Assembly (NCBI GenBank): GCA_001949185.1
Contig: BDGG01000005.1
Location: forward strand, 3,077,972-3,141,971
DNA length: 64,000 nucleotides
Direction: 5' to 3'
Source: Ramazzottius varieornatus
Taxonomy: Eukaryota; Animalia; Tardigrada
The stretch's first letter is position 1, and each line of letters starts with the position of its first letter. Positions 49,348-62,323 of the stretch are shown here, piece after piece. Below the pieces are notes generated by a model. It was not told the origin of the DNA, did no database searches, and saw only the letters and a list, made by a program, of their open reading frames with translations. A program made the position numbers and the translations under genes.

Positions 49348-50268
49348 TTACTGATAGTTAAGCCACAAAGTTCTCATCGCATCTGGTTTCGCTGTCCCAA
49401 CAAGAAGCTTACAGTTGGTCTTGTACTTTTGTGTACAAGCCATGATCTGGCTCGAAGAGTTCGATTTCGCAAAGGCCATGTCAACAATACCAAAATCAGC
49501 CGTTTTGGCCAACACATTGGTTTTCGAACTGGTACCTATCGATAATGACTCAGTGAAAGACTTTGAAAGAGGTTTCGATAGAAGAAAGACATCTCTAAGA
49601 CATCGTCGAACTTCGGTCTCAGCTGATGAACTCTTCATCAAACTCCTCGGTTCCTCGTGGTCGAAACAGACTATCCTTAGTTTTCGCACTTCCGACGTTC
49701 TGTCTTTCAAGATGGTCCAGTACACACCGATCATATTGATGAAGTAACCATCCGTAGCCCTTAGCATCGTACTGACATTTGAGCAAGTTTCATCCATCCA
49801 ATTCAATCCAGTCAACAGACCAGATGCCGTGGCGAGCGATTTATTCGGGCTTTCGCCTGTTGATTGCTGCTTGTCTTTCTGCACCAGCAAATCTCCGGAA
49901 GTCTCGGATTCAATTGTGAGATTCTGAATGACGCCGGTTGTGTACTTCAGTCCAGTGTCCTCCAATACGAAGACCATCCGAAACTGAAGACCATCAAAGC
50001 CTGTTATGGAGCCCCAGGTCTCACGGATGGCGGCTCGCTCCGCAAAGTTTTTGACAGACGACGTTGTGATGGTTATCAGCCAAATTCTTCCACTGCGGCA
50101 TTCGCGCGAGATGAACTCCGGATACAGCTCGGGAACATTGTATCTCTCAGCCTCCACTTGGTTGCCGAAACTTGGCTTTGGGTCCTCATTAAAAAGCGGA
50201 CAGAATGCGATCACCAAGATCAATGCATACAAACAAGTCAAAATCAATATTATTCGCTGACGTCTCAT
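49348..50268 (-). CDS. Divergent GT31 galactosyltransferase-like protein lacking the DxD motif
   Basis: Uninterrupted 306-aa ORF with N-terminal TM, ERAAIRETWG, ESETSGDLL and GLNW...C. It has RATDG where the family has KxDDD, and no EDV motif. Confidence 0.75.
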   Translation of the reverse strand: MRRQRIILILTCLYALILVIAFCPLFNEDPKPSFGNQVEAERYNVPELYPEFISRECRSGRIWLITITTSSVKNFAERAAIRETWGSITGFDGLQFRMVFVLEDTGLKYTTGVIQNLTIESETSGDLLVQKDKQQSTGESPNKSLATASGLLTGLNWMDETCSNVSTMLRATDGYFINMIGVYWTILKDRTSEVRKLRIVCFDHEEPRSLMKSSSAETEVRRCLRDVFLLSKPLSKSFTESLSIGTSSKTNVLAKTADFGIVDMAFAKSNSSSQIMACTQKYKTNCKLLVGTAKPDAMRTLWLNYQ

Positions 50269-50735
50269 AGAGGATCATGGAAAGAGGATCCCCGAACCAT
50301 TCCACTGTACAGCTGGAATTTGTCCGAAGATTGAAGCATGCTGGCCGCGGAAACTTCCTCGACTGGCATGGAGGTAGATTCACCAGCCAGCATTTGGAAA
50401 CCTGATGCATAAAGTCATCTGAAGATACGCCTACAGGCTAGGTGTAATTGTTGTTTAGTCAACCGCGGAACATTGCTTACTTATGGCTAAACACCGGCAA
50501 AGACACCTGAGACGGCAGCGATTTCTTCGTGTGACTGACAGAGTCATAAAAGAACATGCAAGTTGATGATCATCAAACAAGCTTTTTACATTCGCTCCAC
50601 ACACACTATATTCGTCGAGACGGAGAAATTTGGACAAGTTAAGTTATTAATTGTATTGAGCACCGTTGGTGTCGGCTAAACTCGTCCAGGGGGAAAAGTA
50701 GTATGCTAATCTGTCAGCAACATAAGTAAGAATAA

Positions 50736-53700
50736 TCAGACAAGGCTTCTTTGTTTGGACTGTAACGCTAACCGGCGACTCCTCTCCGTGGCTTCTCTGG
50801 CAAGGACCGGCGTCATCAACAGTACTTTTTCCCTGTCTTTTTGGTCTTTGTCAGTCGATCCAGGCCTGAAAGAAACCAGCTGGTAAAGAAATCGGTGAAA
50901 CTATGATTTGGTGTTGATAGCATGACTGAAGCTTTCTTACCCTGGTGCGGCTAGCATACGTCGAATAGACTCAGTCTTGACCAACCGCCTGCTGACTGAT
51001 ACTGGGTCTTCTTCGGCTTCCGGTTCTTCATCCAAGTATCTTTCGGGTATGTAAATTTGTTCCGGAGAATTCAGCCTTATTTGAAAGTCGTAGCTTATTT
51101 CTTCATCATCCAGACTACTTTTACGGGAACTCATGGCGGAGTTGCCGACAGAGTCCGTGTCGTAGCCGTCATGGAGTTTGTTGGCGGCATACGGCAACCC
51201 ACGTCGATCACCTGCGGAAATGGTGTGATGGCGTCGATGTCGGTTAGCTGTACTGTTGGCTCGAGGCTTGAGTTTATGAGTGGGTGGGAGAGGTGGATGG
51301 CCGCTTGAAAATTTATTGTCATGAGTTACCGATTCATAAGATAGGCCAGAAAAGAGCTTCTCGAAATTCTGGGCTGCGGAGTTCTTCGGAGGTTGACTGT
51401 CGAACTCGGACATGATCTCCTGCATTTTGTGTAAGCTTTCGTCCAGTCCATGATCGAAAGGCTGTGCAGCGGGTTCTTTCGCCTTGTTCTGTAACCGAAC
51501 AAAAAGACATCAAACCGTTTAAACAGATTTGACGTTGACAGATAGATTCACTCTGATCGTTTTCCCAACCGGCGCACGTCTCAGCCAATAACAAACAAAA
51601 TGCGCGCCACCTAGGAAACGATGTGGCCCACGTTCCCGTTCTGATTGGCTGGAAGGGTGCGCCACTTGTGAAACGATCTGGGCGAAATCCTTTGTTAACC
51701 TTCGACGTCATGAAAATCGACACCGAACGCAAAGTAAAAAAAGACGACGACACGCGGTGTACCATACAAAATCAGCGTATTGGTAGGAAGGATCATCCAC
51801 CGACACTTCGTCACTACCACTGCCGACACTTCCATGGTCAACTTCCTCACGTCGGGCAGTCCCGTCTCCGTGGTACGTGGCTCCATTTCCGAACTGATCA
51901 CTGGGACTGGAACGTGCAGGTTGGCCATTGGTCGCAGAAGTGCGGGACGTCACTGCTGCTGCTGTCGGTTGTTGGCCTGTTCTCTCATAACTCCTTCTTT
52001 CCCGCTCGTTTCTTTCGCGTACTGTGTCCTGGTCTGAATCAGGCACATCTCGATGCCTCTGATTCTCACGCTGTTGTTCTCGTTCGAGCTGTTCTTTCTC
52101 CACCTGCAGCAGGCGCACTTTCTCTTTCAGACTATTCAGCTCAAAAGCTATTGAATCTGGCGCAGGTTGATTTTCCCGTGCGTTTCCTCTTACTTTCTGG
52201 AGCTCTCCCAGGTCCTGCTCCTCATAATTGTCGAAACTCTGTAGTTTCATTCCCGACCGTCCAAGAGACTTGCTGAGGTTCTGCGACGACTTCCTTGTTG
52301 TTCTCTCGGGTTCACGGCCTTTCCATTTTGGCTCCTGTGGCAATGGCTCGACCGGATAAGTTTCTTCGGAATGGCGAAGAATGTCGCGCAGGTCGCGCAT
52401 GTACTCGTCCTCGGAATGCTCATCCTGGGATGGCTGAGGATATGGTAGGTATTGTCGGGCCGCAGGATATCCCAGGTCGTTAGACTTGTAAAATCCATTT
52501 CCGTTAATGGTCTCGAAACCGCCATTGTTGCTGACAGGATATCGTATCACATCGTGTTCAGAAATCAAGGAGGGTGTTTGCTGTTCGCGAATAAAAGCTT
52601 CCAGCGAAGCAATCAAAGGTTCCAGTTCATCCATCTAAAATAACGAAAAAATAGTGAAGTGACCAAAAACTAGAAAATTGAGCAGTACAGAAATACTTTA
52701 CAGCTTTGGTATTAGATAAAGAGGTAGCAAAGGTAATTTTGGCACAAGTTTACGATCCGACTTTTGAATTGACATACCTGGTTGTTACTTTTTGCGATCT
52801 GGTCCAGCACGTGAAGATAGCGTCTAAGATCATAAAAAAGTGCAAGTCATTAAAGTGAGCATGGTGTCAGAATGCCGGAATATGTGTCTTGCTCTCGAGT
52901 CGATTGAAGGCGATTTAAGAATTCGCACACGTATACTAAATTTGATAGCTTCAAATGGTTTATTTGCCCATTTCACCGTGGCACATATGAACCGGTTCTT
53001 TGGTTTCTCTTCTTCTCTCTCGCGGTCGAGCAAGAGAAAGAGTTTTTTTGTCAGTTGCTGGAATGACGCAACATCAACTGCTTGGAAATGCCTTTATTGT
53101 ATCGATATATAAAGCGCATGTACCGTTAACATGCAAAGTGTGTCGATGGAGAACCGTCGTCGGCCATTTTGTACTCGCTGCTGAACAGGTGTCAGCGATA
53201 TACCCGTTGTAATCTCTGATGTAATCCTCTGTGTGTCCACTCAATATATATTCAACGCATGAATTAAGCAGCAATGTGTCAATCAAAAAGACATGATCTC
53301 ATCCGCCAGTGTGTACCAACGTGCGACTGTATTGGTACTTGGCCAGTATTGTCAAGACTCAAGAAGCGCCTCTGTGTCTGACTGCCGGCGTAATTGACTG
53401 TTCGATACACTTGTTCTCGTTGCTTGTTCTCAGGAAACTTTTACTTACTCATCGTTCCATCCGCGAAAGAGCTCCAGTTCCTTGACAAAGCGATCGCGAC
53501 TGCGGATTAATCGCGCCTGCAGGCGCCGTAAACGAATCAACGCCAGCACCGCGCTTTCAAACTGCAAACAGACAGACAAAATTATCAGGTCTTTGATAAA
53601 TAGCACTGTGTATACTTGAAAGGTGTGTCGTCGAGTATCTATCATGTTGAAATCCAGAACTACTCTGATGTCGTTCCGACAAATTTACGGTAATTGTGAA

Positions 53701-55178
53701 CCACATAAAGAGAAACCGTAGCTCGCGCGTAGGAAATTGCCCAGACTGGGCGACGCCATTGTGGGCTGCCTGTTCACGGTGCAGTACGGATACAGCGCAT
53801 GCAAAATCTCGGAAATTCAGAACAAAAACAGATGCTGTCTCTGACTTCTGAGTATCTTTTCATCTGGGGATTCACTTTTCTGGTGGAAGGCTGCTTTGCT
53901 AAAACTCACGAATGTCACGACGCATACGTCGGAATGCATCTGGAAATTTCTTTTAGAAATATTTTACGTTTTGAATCTTAGGAAGGGAAGAACCGTGCCC
54001 ACGTAACTTGTTGGTTTTGATTTAGTCTCCTGTTTCATTGTGGTCTTCTTTTGAAGAAAAAGTTATTTGTTTGAACAAAACTTATTCAGGAAAAATGCAT
54101 CTGGAAAAGCTGCACTGTTAATAGCGATACAGGTTTTACTTACGGTAAAGTTGGCGGAATCACGCGACGGAAACAACCGTCGATCATCAAGGTTGATTTC
54201 CGGTCGGTAGGTCCCCCGATCACGTGGCGCACCTTGATTACCGCCAGGTTTCTCTTGGCGAGCCATCCTTGACTCGTTATGCTGATTGACACCTGGCAGA
54301 CCAGCTTTGGCGACACTTCGTAGATCGGTGTGACTGTTCACCAGTGAAGCTGTCTCTGCACCTGCACGTCGCCCGACAGTTCGCGCACGCTGTGCTTCGC
54401 GCTTTATCTGACTACCGATGGCTTCCTTCCTCCATACCACCTCCTCCAACCTTTCCTCTTCCCCATTACGACTCTTCCTTGCCCGATTCTGCATCAGAGG
54501 ACTTTCCCCGGGTGACTCCGAAGACAGCTGGACCGTGTTCAGGCTGTGCATCGACGGTTTCTGACTCGGTCCGGATACGGTTGATTGTTGATTGTACTTC
54601 CTCATTGGCGGATCTTGGTTTTCGTTCACCGCAATAATTTTCTTGGGAGCTTCCCAGTCAACACCAGACTTCTTCCTCGTTGGTTCCAACTCAGCTTTGC
54701 GAACTACAGCGATTTTCTGAGCGACCAGTGGTTCTTCTTTCAGGTGTCTTGCGTATAAGTTAGATCTCTCGTTAGTATGTGCGTCATTGATAACACGGCG
54801 GTTTTCGAGGTCGTGTTGATGCTGCCGGACATTGTACATGCTCGGTTCAGGCACGACTGACTTGCCTCCCCTCGAGCTGATCAGTTTCTGGCCGGATGTC
54901 TTACTGATACTGCGCGGAGGTGGAACAGGCGCCGAGCGGTGAGGTGGTAGCCTCTGGTCTGTGTGGTCCTCAGGTCGCGAACTCAACGTTCCTTGCCGGT
55001 ATGGGGGAAGTTCTTGTTGGTGGGGTTGTGAAGGCTTGCTGGGTTCACGAGATGGGGAGCGGACTGTGCGGTCGTCTCGTGATTTGGACTTGCTTCGTGA
55101 GGTCTTCCCGCCCGTGTCCCAGTCCCAGTTGAAGAGGTTGAACCTTGAACGCGAAGTGGACTTTCCAGTCTGTTCCAT
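50736..55178 (-). CDS. Multi-exon coiled-coil scaffold protein, PLEKHA5/6/7 (Drosophila Kramer)-like C-terminus
   Basis: Large exons at about 55178-54143, 52636-51775, 51500-50941 and 50865-50736, plus small coiled-coil exons at 52780-53560. PEQIYIPERYLDEEPE...KTESIRRMLA resembles, from memory, the PLEKHA5/6/7 IPERY motif. Confidence 0.6.
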
Positions 55179-56478
55179 TTCTATTCAGTGTCCGTATAGT
55201 ATCCTCCGCAAAAAAATCTATAAGACGAAGACGTTATAGGCAGTTCTTATGAACTGAAAGCGAACCAAGAATCTAGTTCGGTCGGTATCTACCCTGATCA
55301 CATGGCGCATCCCCGAATACAAATGAAACGGTACGACAGTCGAGTCGGAAATTTGACAGCTACTTGTGACCACAATACCATAGAAAAAGCTCAGTAATCC
55401 CAAGCACTCTTGCAGAACCAATTCACCGGGATCACATCACAATTTTCGAGTCACGGAGATCGAATGAACGAAACTGGAAAAATCCGAGACCAACATTTTG
55501 AAGGAAAACAATTTAATACGGTATACTATATTTCCCTGTATTCCGATTAACAAGTTGGTGGCGGCAGTTCGGATAGCTGCAGCTTGACACGGAAAAACCA
55601 TGTGCAATCCGCCCACCATCTAACTGGCTAAGTATTGAGTCAGAACAATGGGCTCGAGATAGCGCAAAAACACACACCGGAAGAAGCAGGCAGTGAAGGT
55701 TGAAGGTGCTCATCAACGTTTGATGCGTATAATCGGCACCATAAGAAACGCCTACCTGTGCTTTTTTGGCCCGCGGATCCGTTTTACAGCTGGCACCTCA
55801 TGAGAAAAGTCACACACTCCAACCCTATCGAATATTCGCATCAGTCTGACTCTGTCATTTGACTTGATTTGTTCTTGAGGAAATGTACGTCAAGGCACGT
55901 GTGTTCTGCTAATCAGCCCAACACACTTCTGCTCATATTCAGCATCGTCTAGCATTCGACAGAGACATCACTCACCTTGAAATCAACAGAATCCGTCAGT
56001 CGAAATACCAGTCTTGGCAATAAATGAATATGCAAGCCGTATAAAATCAGATACCAAAATTCAACAACCTCGGAACCTTTCCACAGATGAATTTTCGAAC
56101 CGAATTTTCTAACTGTAACGGATTTTGGAATATTTGCAGTGAATTTATGCCTTTCCCACGTCGAACAGATAACTAAACAGTGGGCTTGTCATTACTTCAC
56201 AGGCGGAAAGATGAGTAATGACATGAATTTCTGATAGCGAGGTCCACCTTACTTTCATGTCAATTTCCAGTTCAAACTCATAAATCCTTCCATGACTTCA
56301 ATCAAAATGTGCCTTTTTGAAATTTTGACTCATTCGGAAGATTTGATAACCGTAAGGTACACAGTATAGCTTCACACGGAATTTCAATCAAGCCCGCACA
56401 GAGTGTAAAAAAATTTATTTACCGCCAACGAATTCTGTTCAGAAATTTCCTTCCGGAAAAAAATGAAATATTTACTGT

Positions 56479-58218
56479 TTATTGCTTAGAACGAGATTTC
56501 AGAGGTTCGTCCTTGTCTTTCCCGTTTCTCCGACCCGCACTATTGACAGAATCGACTGACACCTCATTCTTTTGACCATTAGCGTTATTCGAAACACTTT
56601 TAAAAATGGCCATAGCTTGTGCCACCGATCCAGCTATGTCACCAGAAGCACTAGGAATGATGAGCGTGTTGCTTTCTTTGGCCAGTTTCGAGAACGCTTG
56701 GACATACTGTTCGGCCACGATGAGACTCGCCGCGTCCGAAGCGTTCGTCCCTTGCAGGGACTCTGCCACATTTTGGATACCTATAGCCCGCGCCTTGGCT
56801 TTCGCCATGATGGCCGACGCTTCGCCTTCGGCCTTGTTGATCGTTTCGGTTTTGAAGGCTTCGGACTGCAGAATCTGCGAACGCTTCTTTCCTTCGGCTA
56901 TGTTGACCTCGGCTTCTCTTACACCTTCACTATCAAGAACCACTGCGCGCTTCCTCCTTTCGGCTGCCACCTGTAGGTAAAATGGATCCGTCAGTACACA
57001 ACGGTAAAAAACAACTCGGGCGCCCAGTGAACAAACCATATATCCACCCGGGTACAAATTACGAATCAAGAAGCCTACCCGGAAAGAAGTAACGCACAAT
57101 TTTTAACATCCGTAAATAATGACCGGGCTCACAATGGTAAAAAGTGCACCGTACGGGACATAATTTACGGGTGCGATAGAAGGTGCGCAACATGGGTTTC
57201 GTCAGTGTCGGGACAAGTTCTTGAAGTGTTTTGGTATTGACACGTACCTGCATCTGCATGGCTTCTTGGACATTGACAGGTAAGTGAATATCCCTAATTT
57301 CATATCGCATACAGGCAATACCCCACGCGGCGCTAGCGTTGTTGATGGCCTGGACGATCTTCGTGTTGAGTGACTCGCGTTCTTTGAAGACATGGTCCAG
57401 GCTGATCTTGCCCAGCTCGGAGCGCATGGTGGTTTGAGCCAGTTGCGTGACCGCGAACTCCGGATCCTCTACTCCGTAACTGGCTTTGTAAGCATCGACG
57501 ATGCGGACGAAGAGGACGCCATCGAGCGACAGGGCAACGCTATCGCTGGTGATGGCGGTCTGCTTCGGGACTTCAATAGCTATTTCTTTCAGGGTTTGAA
57601 CGTACCGTATCCTGTCGATCACTGGGACGAGAATGTTCACTCCGGGTTCCAGTATGCGGGAAAACTTACCCATACGCTCGATCACCCATGCTGCAAAGAG
57701 AGAAAATGCAAATTTGCACAAAACGGAGTTCGACACACATTCAGCCTTGAACATCATGCGTTCCCATGCTGTATCTCCGTGTGAGAACATGGTAAACCGT
57801 ACACGTTGTTGACTACGCCAAAAAGAGCCGTATGACGTCATCGAGTTATTCACGCTTAGAACAATGGCACATCAACAGACGCTTGACGTCACGAGAAGGT
57901 GAAATTTCGATCGCAAATTGCGAGTTGTGCTGCTCAGAGCAGTTACGAACCTTCTTGCTGCGGAACAAAGTTGATGATAGTATTGATCGGCGTCGAAACA
58001 GAGCGCTGGTGAATGGTGAATGGGGTATCGTGCGAAAGCTGGAACATGGGAGAAGGAGTAACAGCGGTTGGCTTCGCCGGTGCTTGATTGTTGATTGCTG
58101 ATGCGCGCTGGTTCTTCTTCAGGGCAGCAAATGAACGCGAAGAAATCAGCTGAACACTTCGTGCCGATTGTTCCGCTCGGACTACCGTTCTTAGGAGTGG
58201 TTCCATTGATACAGCCAT
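56479..58218 (-). CDS. STOML2: Stomatin-like protein 2 (mitochondrial SPFH/Band 7)
   Basis: Exons 58218-57951, 57690-57248 and 56970-56479. Motifs NFVPQQEAWVIERMGKF, AVTQLAQTTMRSELGK, MQMQVAAERRKRA and AEQYVQAFSKLAK. Confidence 0.95.
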
Positions 58219-58680
58219 CCGGGTGTAGTCTGAAAATTCGGGCGGTAGATAAACTTGAGAAAACCGGGATAAACAAACTGGAATTTTCATTTAGAAGCCG
58301 ATGGCATACAGGATACGACATTACGTTACTATTGATACTGTACCCTGACATGACTTTATATTTTCACATACGATAACAGTATGGGTCAGCCGATTCTGAC
58401 GCACTGCAATTCCGTAGGTCGCCAAGATAACGTTACGTCGGTTCTCAAGGACAAAGCTGGGTGGATTTTAGTCCTCTGAAAGATAAAAATGATTTAAAAT
58501 GATGATAGCTACAACTAAATCTTACAAAATCAAAACTGCCGTTTCGGTGCCATACACGGAAGTAAGATTAAATTGTAACACAATGTTGCGTTTCGCATGC
58601 GAACAACCCACAGACTGCGTGCTAATGCTGGTTGACAACCACCAAACTCCATGAAGAAAGCGTGATTGCATCTTGGGAGA

Positions 58681-60721
58681 ATGTTAGATTTTCTAGTAGT
58701 CGCTGTACTCGCAGTATCGTCAGCAGTGCTTTGGCGGATCTCGGAAAATCTTATCCTTCGGATGATCGCCAAATTACTTCGGACGGCTCCGCCTGGACCG
58801 CTTTCCCTGCCGGTGGTCGGTACGTATGGAACTGACCCTACGTGCAGCTGGATTACTTTCACCAGATGGGCCAAGCAATGTAGCGGAATACTCGGCTTAT
58901 TCCTTGGGATCTGAGTATACCGTCGTACTGTCTGATAACAACATAATCAAAACGGCACTAAGCAAATCCAGTTTCCAAGGCAGACCACTAAATGCCTTAT
59001 TCAACAACCTATTCCATCAGCGAGGTACATAAATCTTTCAAGAACGAAACCGTCATCGTTCTGGACTGAAACTGGTGCCATGTTTTTAACAGGGCTCGGG
59101 TTTACTGAAGGAAAATTCTGGCGCGAACAAAGAAGGTATGCAGCGAATACATTTCACCTTATAGCCGTTGACTCTCTTCAGCCGGAGAACGCTCAAAATA
59201 ATGGCACACTCCAGAGTATCTATTCTGCTCTGGTTACCGATTTCGGGACTACCGTTAGTCAGCCATTCGATCCGACGTCGTTTCTACACCGTGCTTCCGT
59301 GTTGGTCTGCTGTGATATAGTCCATAAGGGCGCGGTCAGACCGGGAGACCCTGTCGTTGACAAGATCACTGCGTTGCATAAAAGATTATTTGCTGTGCAC
59401 GCTAACACTGGGTGGAAGACTACTCAACCCTGGTTGAGGCATGTTCCACCTTACCGGCAAAGTTACCAGCTCATGGAAGAAGCAGCGGAGCAGGGACGAC
59501 TGCTTGCCAGGAAGTGCATTGAACGGCTGGAGAAGACGAAGCAAAACACATCTGACGGAAGCGACGAGAAGGAGCTTGTCGACTACGTCACTGCGTTCCA
59601 GGACAGACTAAAAGACGAGAACCACGAAAAGTCTTTCACAGGTAATTAGGGCTATAGGGGAATATATTCGGACACACATTTTGTGAAAAGTAATTTTTAT
59701 TATTCAGAACAGCAGTTAATCCAGATGGCAGCAGAACTTGTGATGGGTAAGCGCTTTGTTTGGTTTTGCCTAAAGTCTCGATGCGGAACAGGTTTTAAAC
59801 ATGGTTTTAAACACGTGGATAGTACTGATAGGGTTTTCATTCGGGCAGCCGGAGAAGAGGACATTCACGTGATGATGTACTGGATGATTCTGTTCATGTG
59901 TATGTATCCAGCTGTTCAACAAAAGGCACATGTCCTGTTGGACCAAACTGTTTATTTATAGTTTATTATTTATTAACTGTTGGCACCTCTCGGCAGCCCA
60001 CCCTGCAGGATAAAGTTGACTTGGGCTACATTGACGCAATAGTTTTGGCGACGTTGCGCTTCTCTAACTTCGCGCCATTTCCCCTCCCACGGCGTACTAC
60101 TGAGAGTGTCCAACTCGGTGAATACTACATTCCGAAAGGTATCTCTCAAGCACCAAAGATCTGGTTGGGTGTGAAGAATTTCGCATTTCCATATACAACG
60201 GTCGTGACCAATTGATACGCTGTTCATTTCAACAAGGATCTCTGGGGGCGATCCCGAGATATTTCGGCCGGAGCGGTTCATGGATGATGACGGAAGACTG
60301 CAAGCGAGCACCACTGTCCTAGCATTCGGATCAGGTATCAGGAACTTCCACCAGAGGCGGGATTTCTTATGTGCACACATAACCGCACACAGGTTTCGTT
60401 GTTTCTTTGAACAGGTCGCCGGGTTTGTGTGGCGGAAACTTTTGCGAAAGCGCAGATGTCCGCTCTTTTGTCTTCTATCTTGCACAAATTTACTCTCGGG
60501 TTCCCCGAAGGTGATATCCTTCCGGATATCAGACAAGACATAATCGGCGGCCTAGGTACGTTCGTTTTTACTGCTTAGCCTGTCGACCGGCCCTAGCACT
60601 TCCGCGATCAGCTTCGCAACTAATTAAGCTATATCTATCAGATAGTAACTAATTACGCGATTTCTCTGTAGTAATGGTACCCAAACTATTCAGAATATGC
60701 GCAACCAGACGCCGAATTTGA
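58681..60721 (+). pseudogene. Cytochrome P450 (CYP2-clan-like), copy 1, probably disabled
   Basis: PPGP, WREQRR, FRPERF and heme motif FGS|GRRVC. A +1 frameshift lies at about 58908 (GGGATCTGAG versus GGGTCGGAA in copy 2), and ExxR is changed to ATLR. Confidence 0.82.
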
Positions 60722-61307
60722 TGCTTGAACCTCCTGCCGGTCTCTTGTAGCCCGATGCTTAGACCGTCTTGTGTCGTTCTGTACCATTTTCCCGTAATAT
60801 CAGCTCGCTTGTTATGATCGGGCCACAGCGATCGAGTCAAACTGTGGTCGTTCAGAGCCTGCGACTGAATCTTCGAAAGTTTCTGAGGTCTTTGGCCTCA
60901 GCCGCGTGCATGTGCGACCTGTAGAGTGTGACTATCAGTCTATCACAGATATACTGTGCGTACATGATGCTCTGTTGTCAGCTTGTGGCCAATACGATCT
61001 GAAAGCACTCGATCACTTTGCACCGCATTCTGCAAAGTTGCAATCGTGTTCGGCACGACTACGTCCAGGATACCAGAGAAGAAAAGGTAGGCCTCTACGG
61101 ATGAAGGACAACTAGTGATCAGTTACCCGCGTCTAGGGTACGGAAAGCATCCTGCGCGCGTAGGTACGAAGCGTACAATTTTTAAATCCTTTGGATCGCC
61201 ATCTGGACGATGTTCGACGTTGTCACATTTGTGTGGATTAGAGTGAATATTCCGCGCCATCTTGTTTCGCCAAGTACGTGAATTTCATCCAGCTTTGCTT
61301 TGAGTCA

Positions 61308-61430
61308 ATCCCTCTTTCTTGGCTCCGGGATTTACCGTAATATTGTCGGATATCAACTTGATTCGAACAGTCTTGAACAAGTCTGCTTTCGAAGGACGAC
61401 CGGCAAAATCTCTGTTGGAATACTTGTCTG
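61308..61430 (+). pseudogene. P450 exon-1 relic
   Basis: LFLGS-(frameshift)-FTVILSDINLIRTVLNKSAFEGRP matches exon 1 of both flanking P450s. Confidence 0.7.
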
Positions 61431-62323
61431 ATATGAAAACAGTCCAGGCTTACAATCCAAATGCCTGCCGTCAAGAAAAAAGCGCAAGACCGTCTGGATC
61501 AGATTGTTGGATCCTCTGGAGAGCTATCACTAATATAAGGAATAAAGTGAACTTGAACTATAGCGTCGCGAACATCATGGAAAGCCTGCGCTTCTCACAC
61601 TTTGGAGCCGTTTCCACTTCCGGAGCGTGTAACTGAGGACGCGCAATTGAACGGATTCTGTTTGCCGATAAGGTATCCTGTCCAAAGTCTTTGAAGTTTA
61701 AGCCACTTGCAATTTATAAGCATCACTCTGTGGATATCGTTGCTGGTCTAGGTTTGTGCGAACGTTGTGTCTCGTAGTGGACAAACCGTAAGGCAACTTC
61801 CAGCTGTTTCGCAAACGAACTGAGCTGCATCGGTTTCTTCTGTTGCAGTGATAATACCCAAACCATACCCAACATCCGCCTCGAGACGGCGTCCAGTTGT
61901 CCAGAACTGATGCAGGTGCATAGCGCTATTCGGCGTCAGTTCCCTGATGATAAGTCTTGGTCGTCACATAATCAGAACATGTATGGAAACCTTCGCTATC
62001 TTCTAATGGTGCCAAGGTGGCGAACATACACAACACTTTTCGAACAGTTTTGCGAGAGCGTCGCACGTCTTTCCGGCTTCTGGTGGCGCTTCCGGTGACG
62101 CTTCCGGTGAATGAATCACAGATCGGTTGATAACGCCCTTCTTGGAATTTGGCTCTTAATCCATCCAGGGTGTACTGTACGTATATTGTATGCAGCAAAT
62201 TCGCCGCAGGTCAAAGCGGCGGAATGTGAACACGTCCGTTGTTCTCTTCCGGCATGCAGGTCTGCGCATTTTGACTACCTGGTATAAACATATCCATCGC
62301 TCCGCATCGACTTGCGCGCAAAA

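Noticed and set aside
51623-57784. Long plus-strand ORFs (for example 51623-52276, 56572-56980, 57392-57784)
   Set aside because: They are antisense shadows of real minus-strand coding exons.
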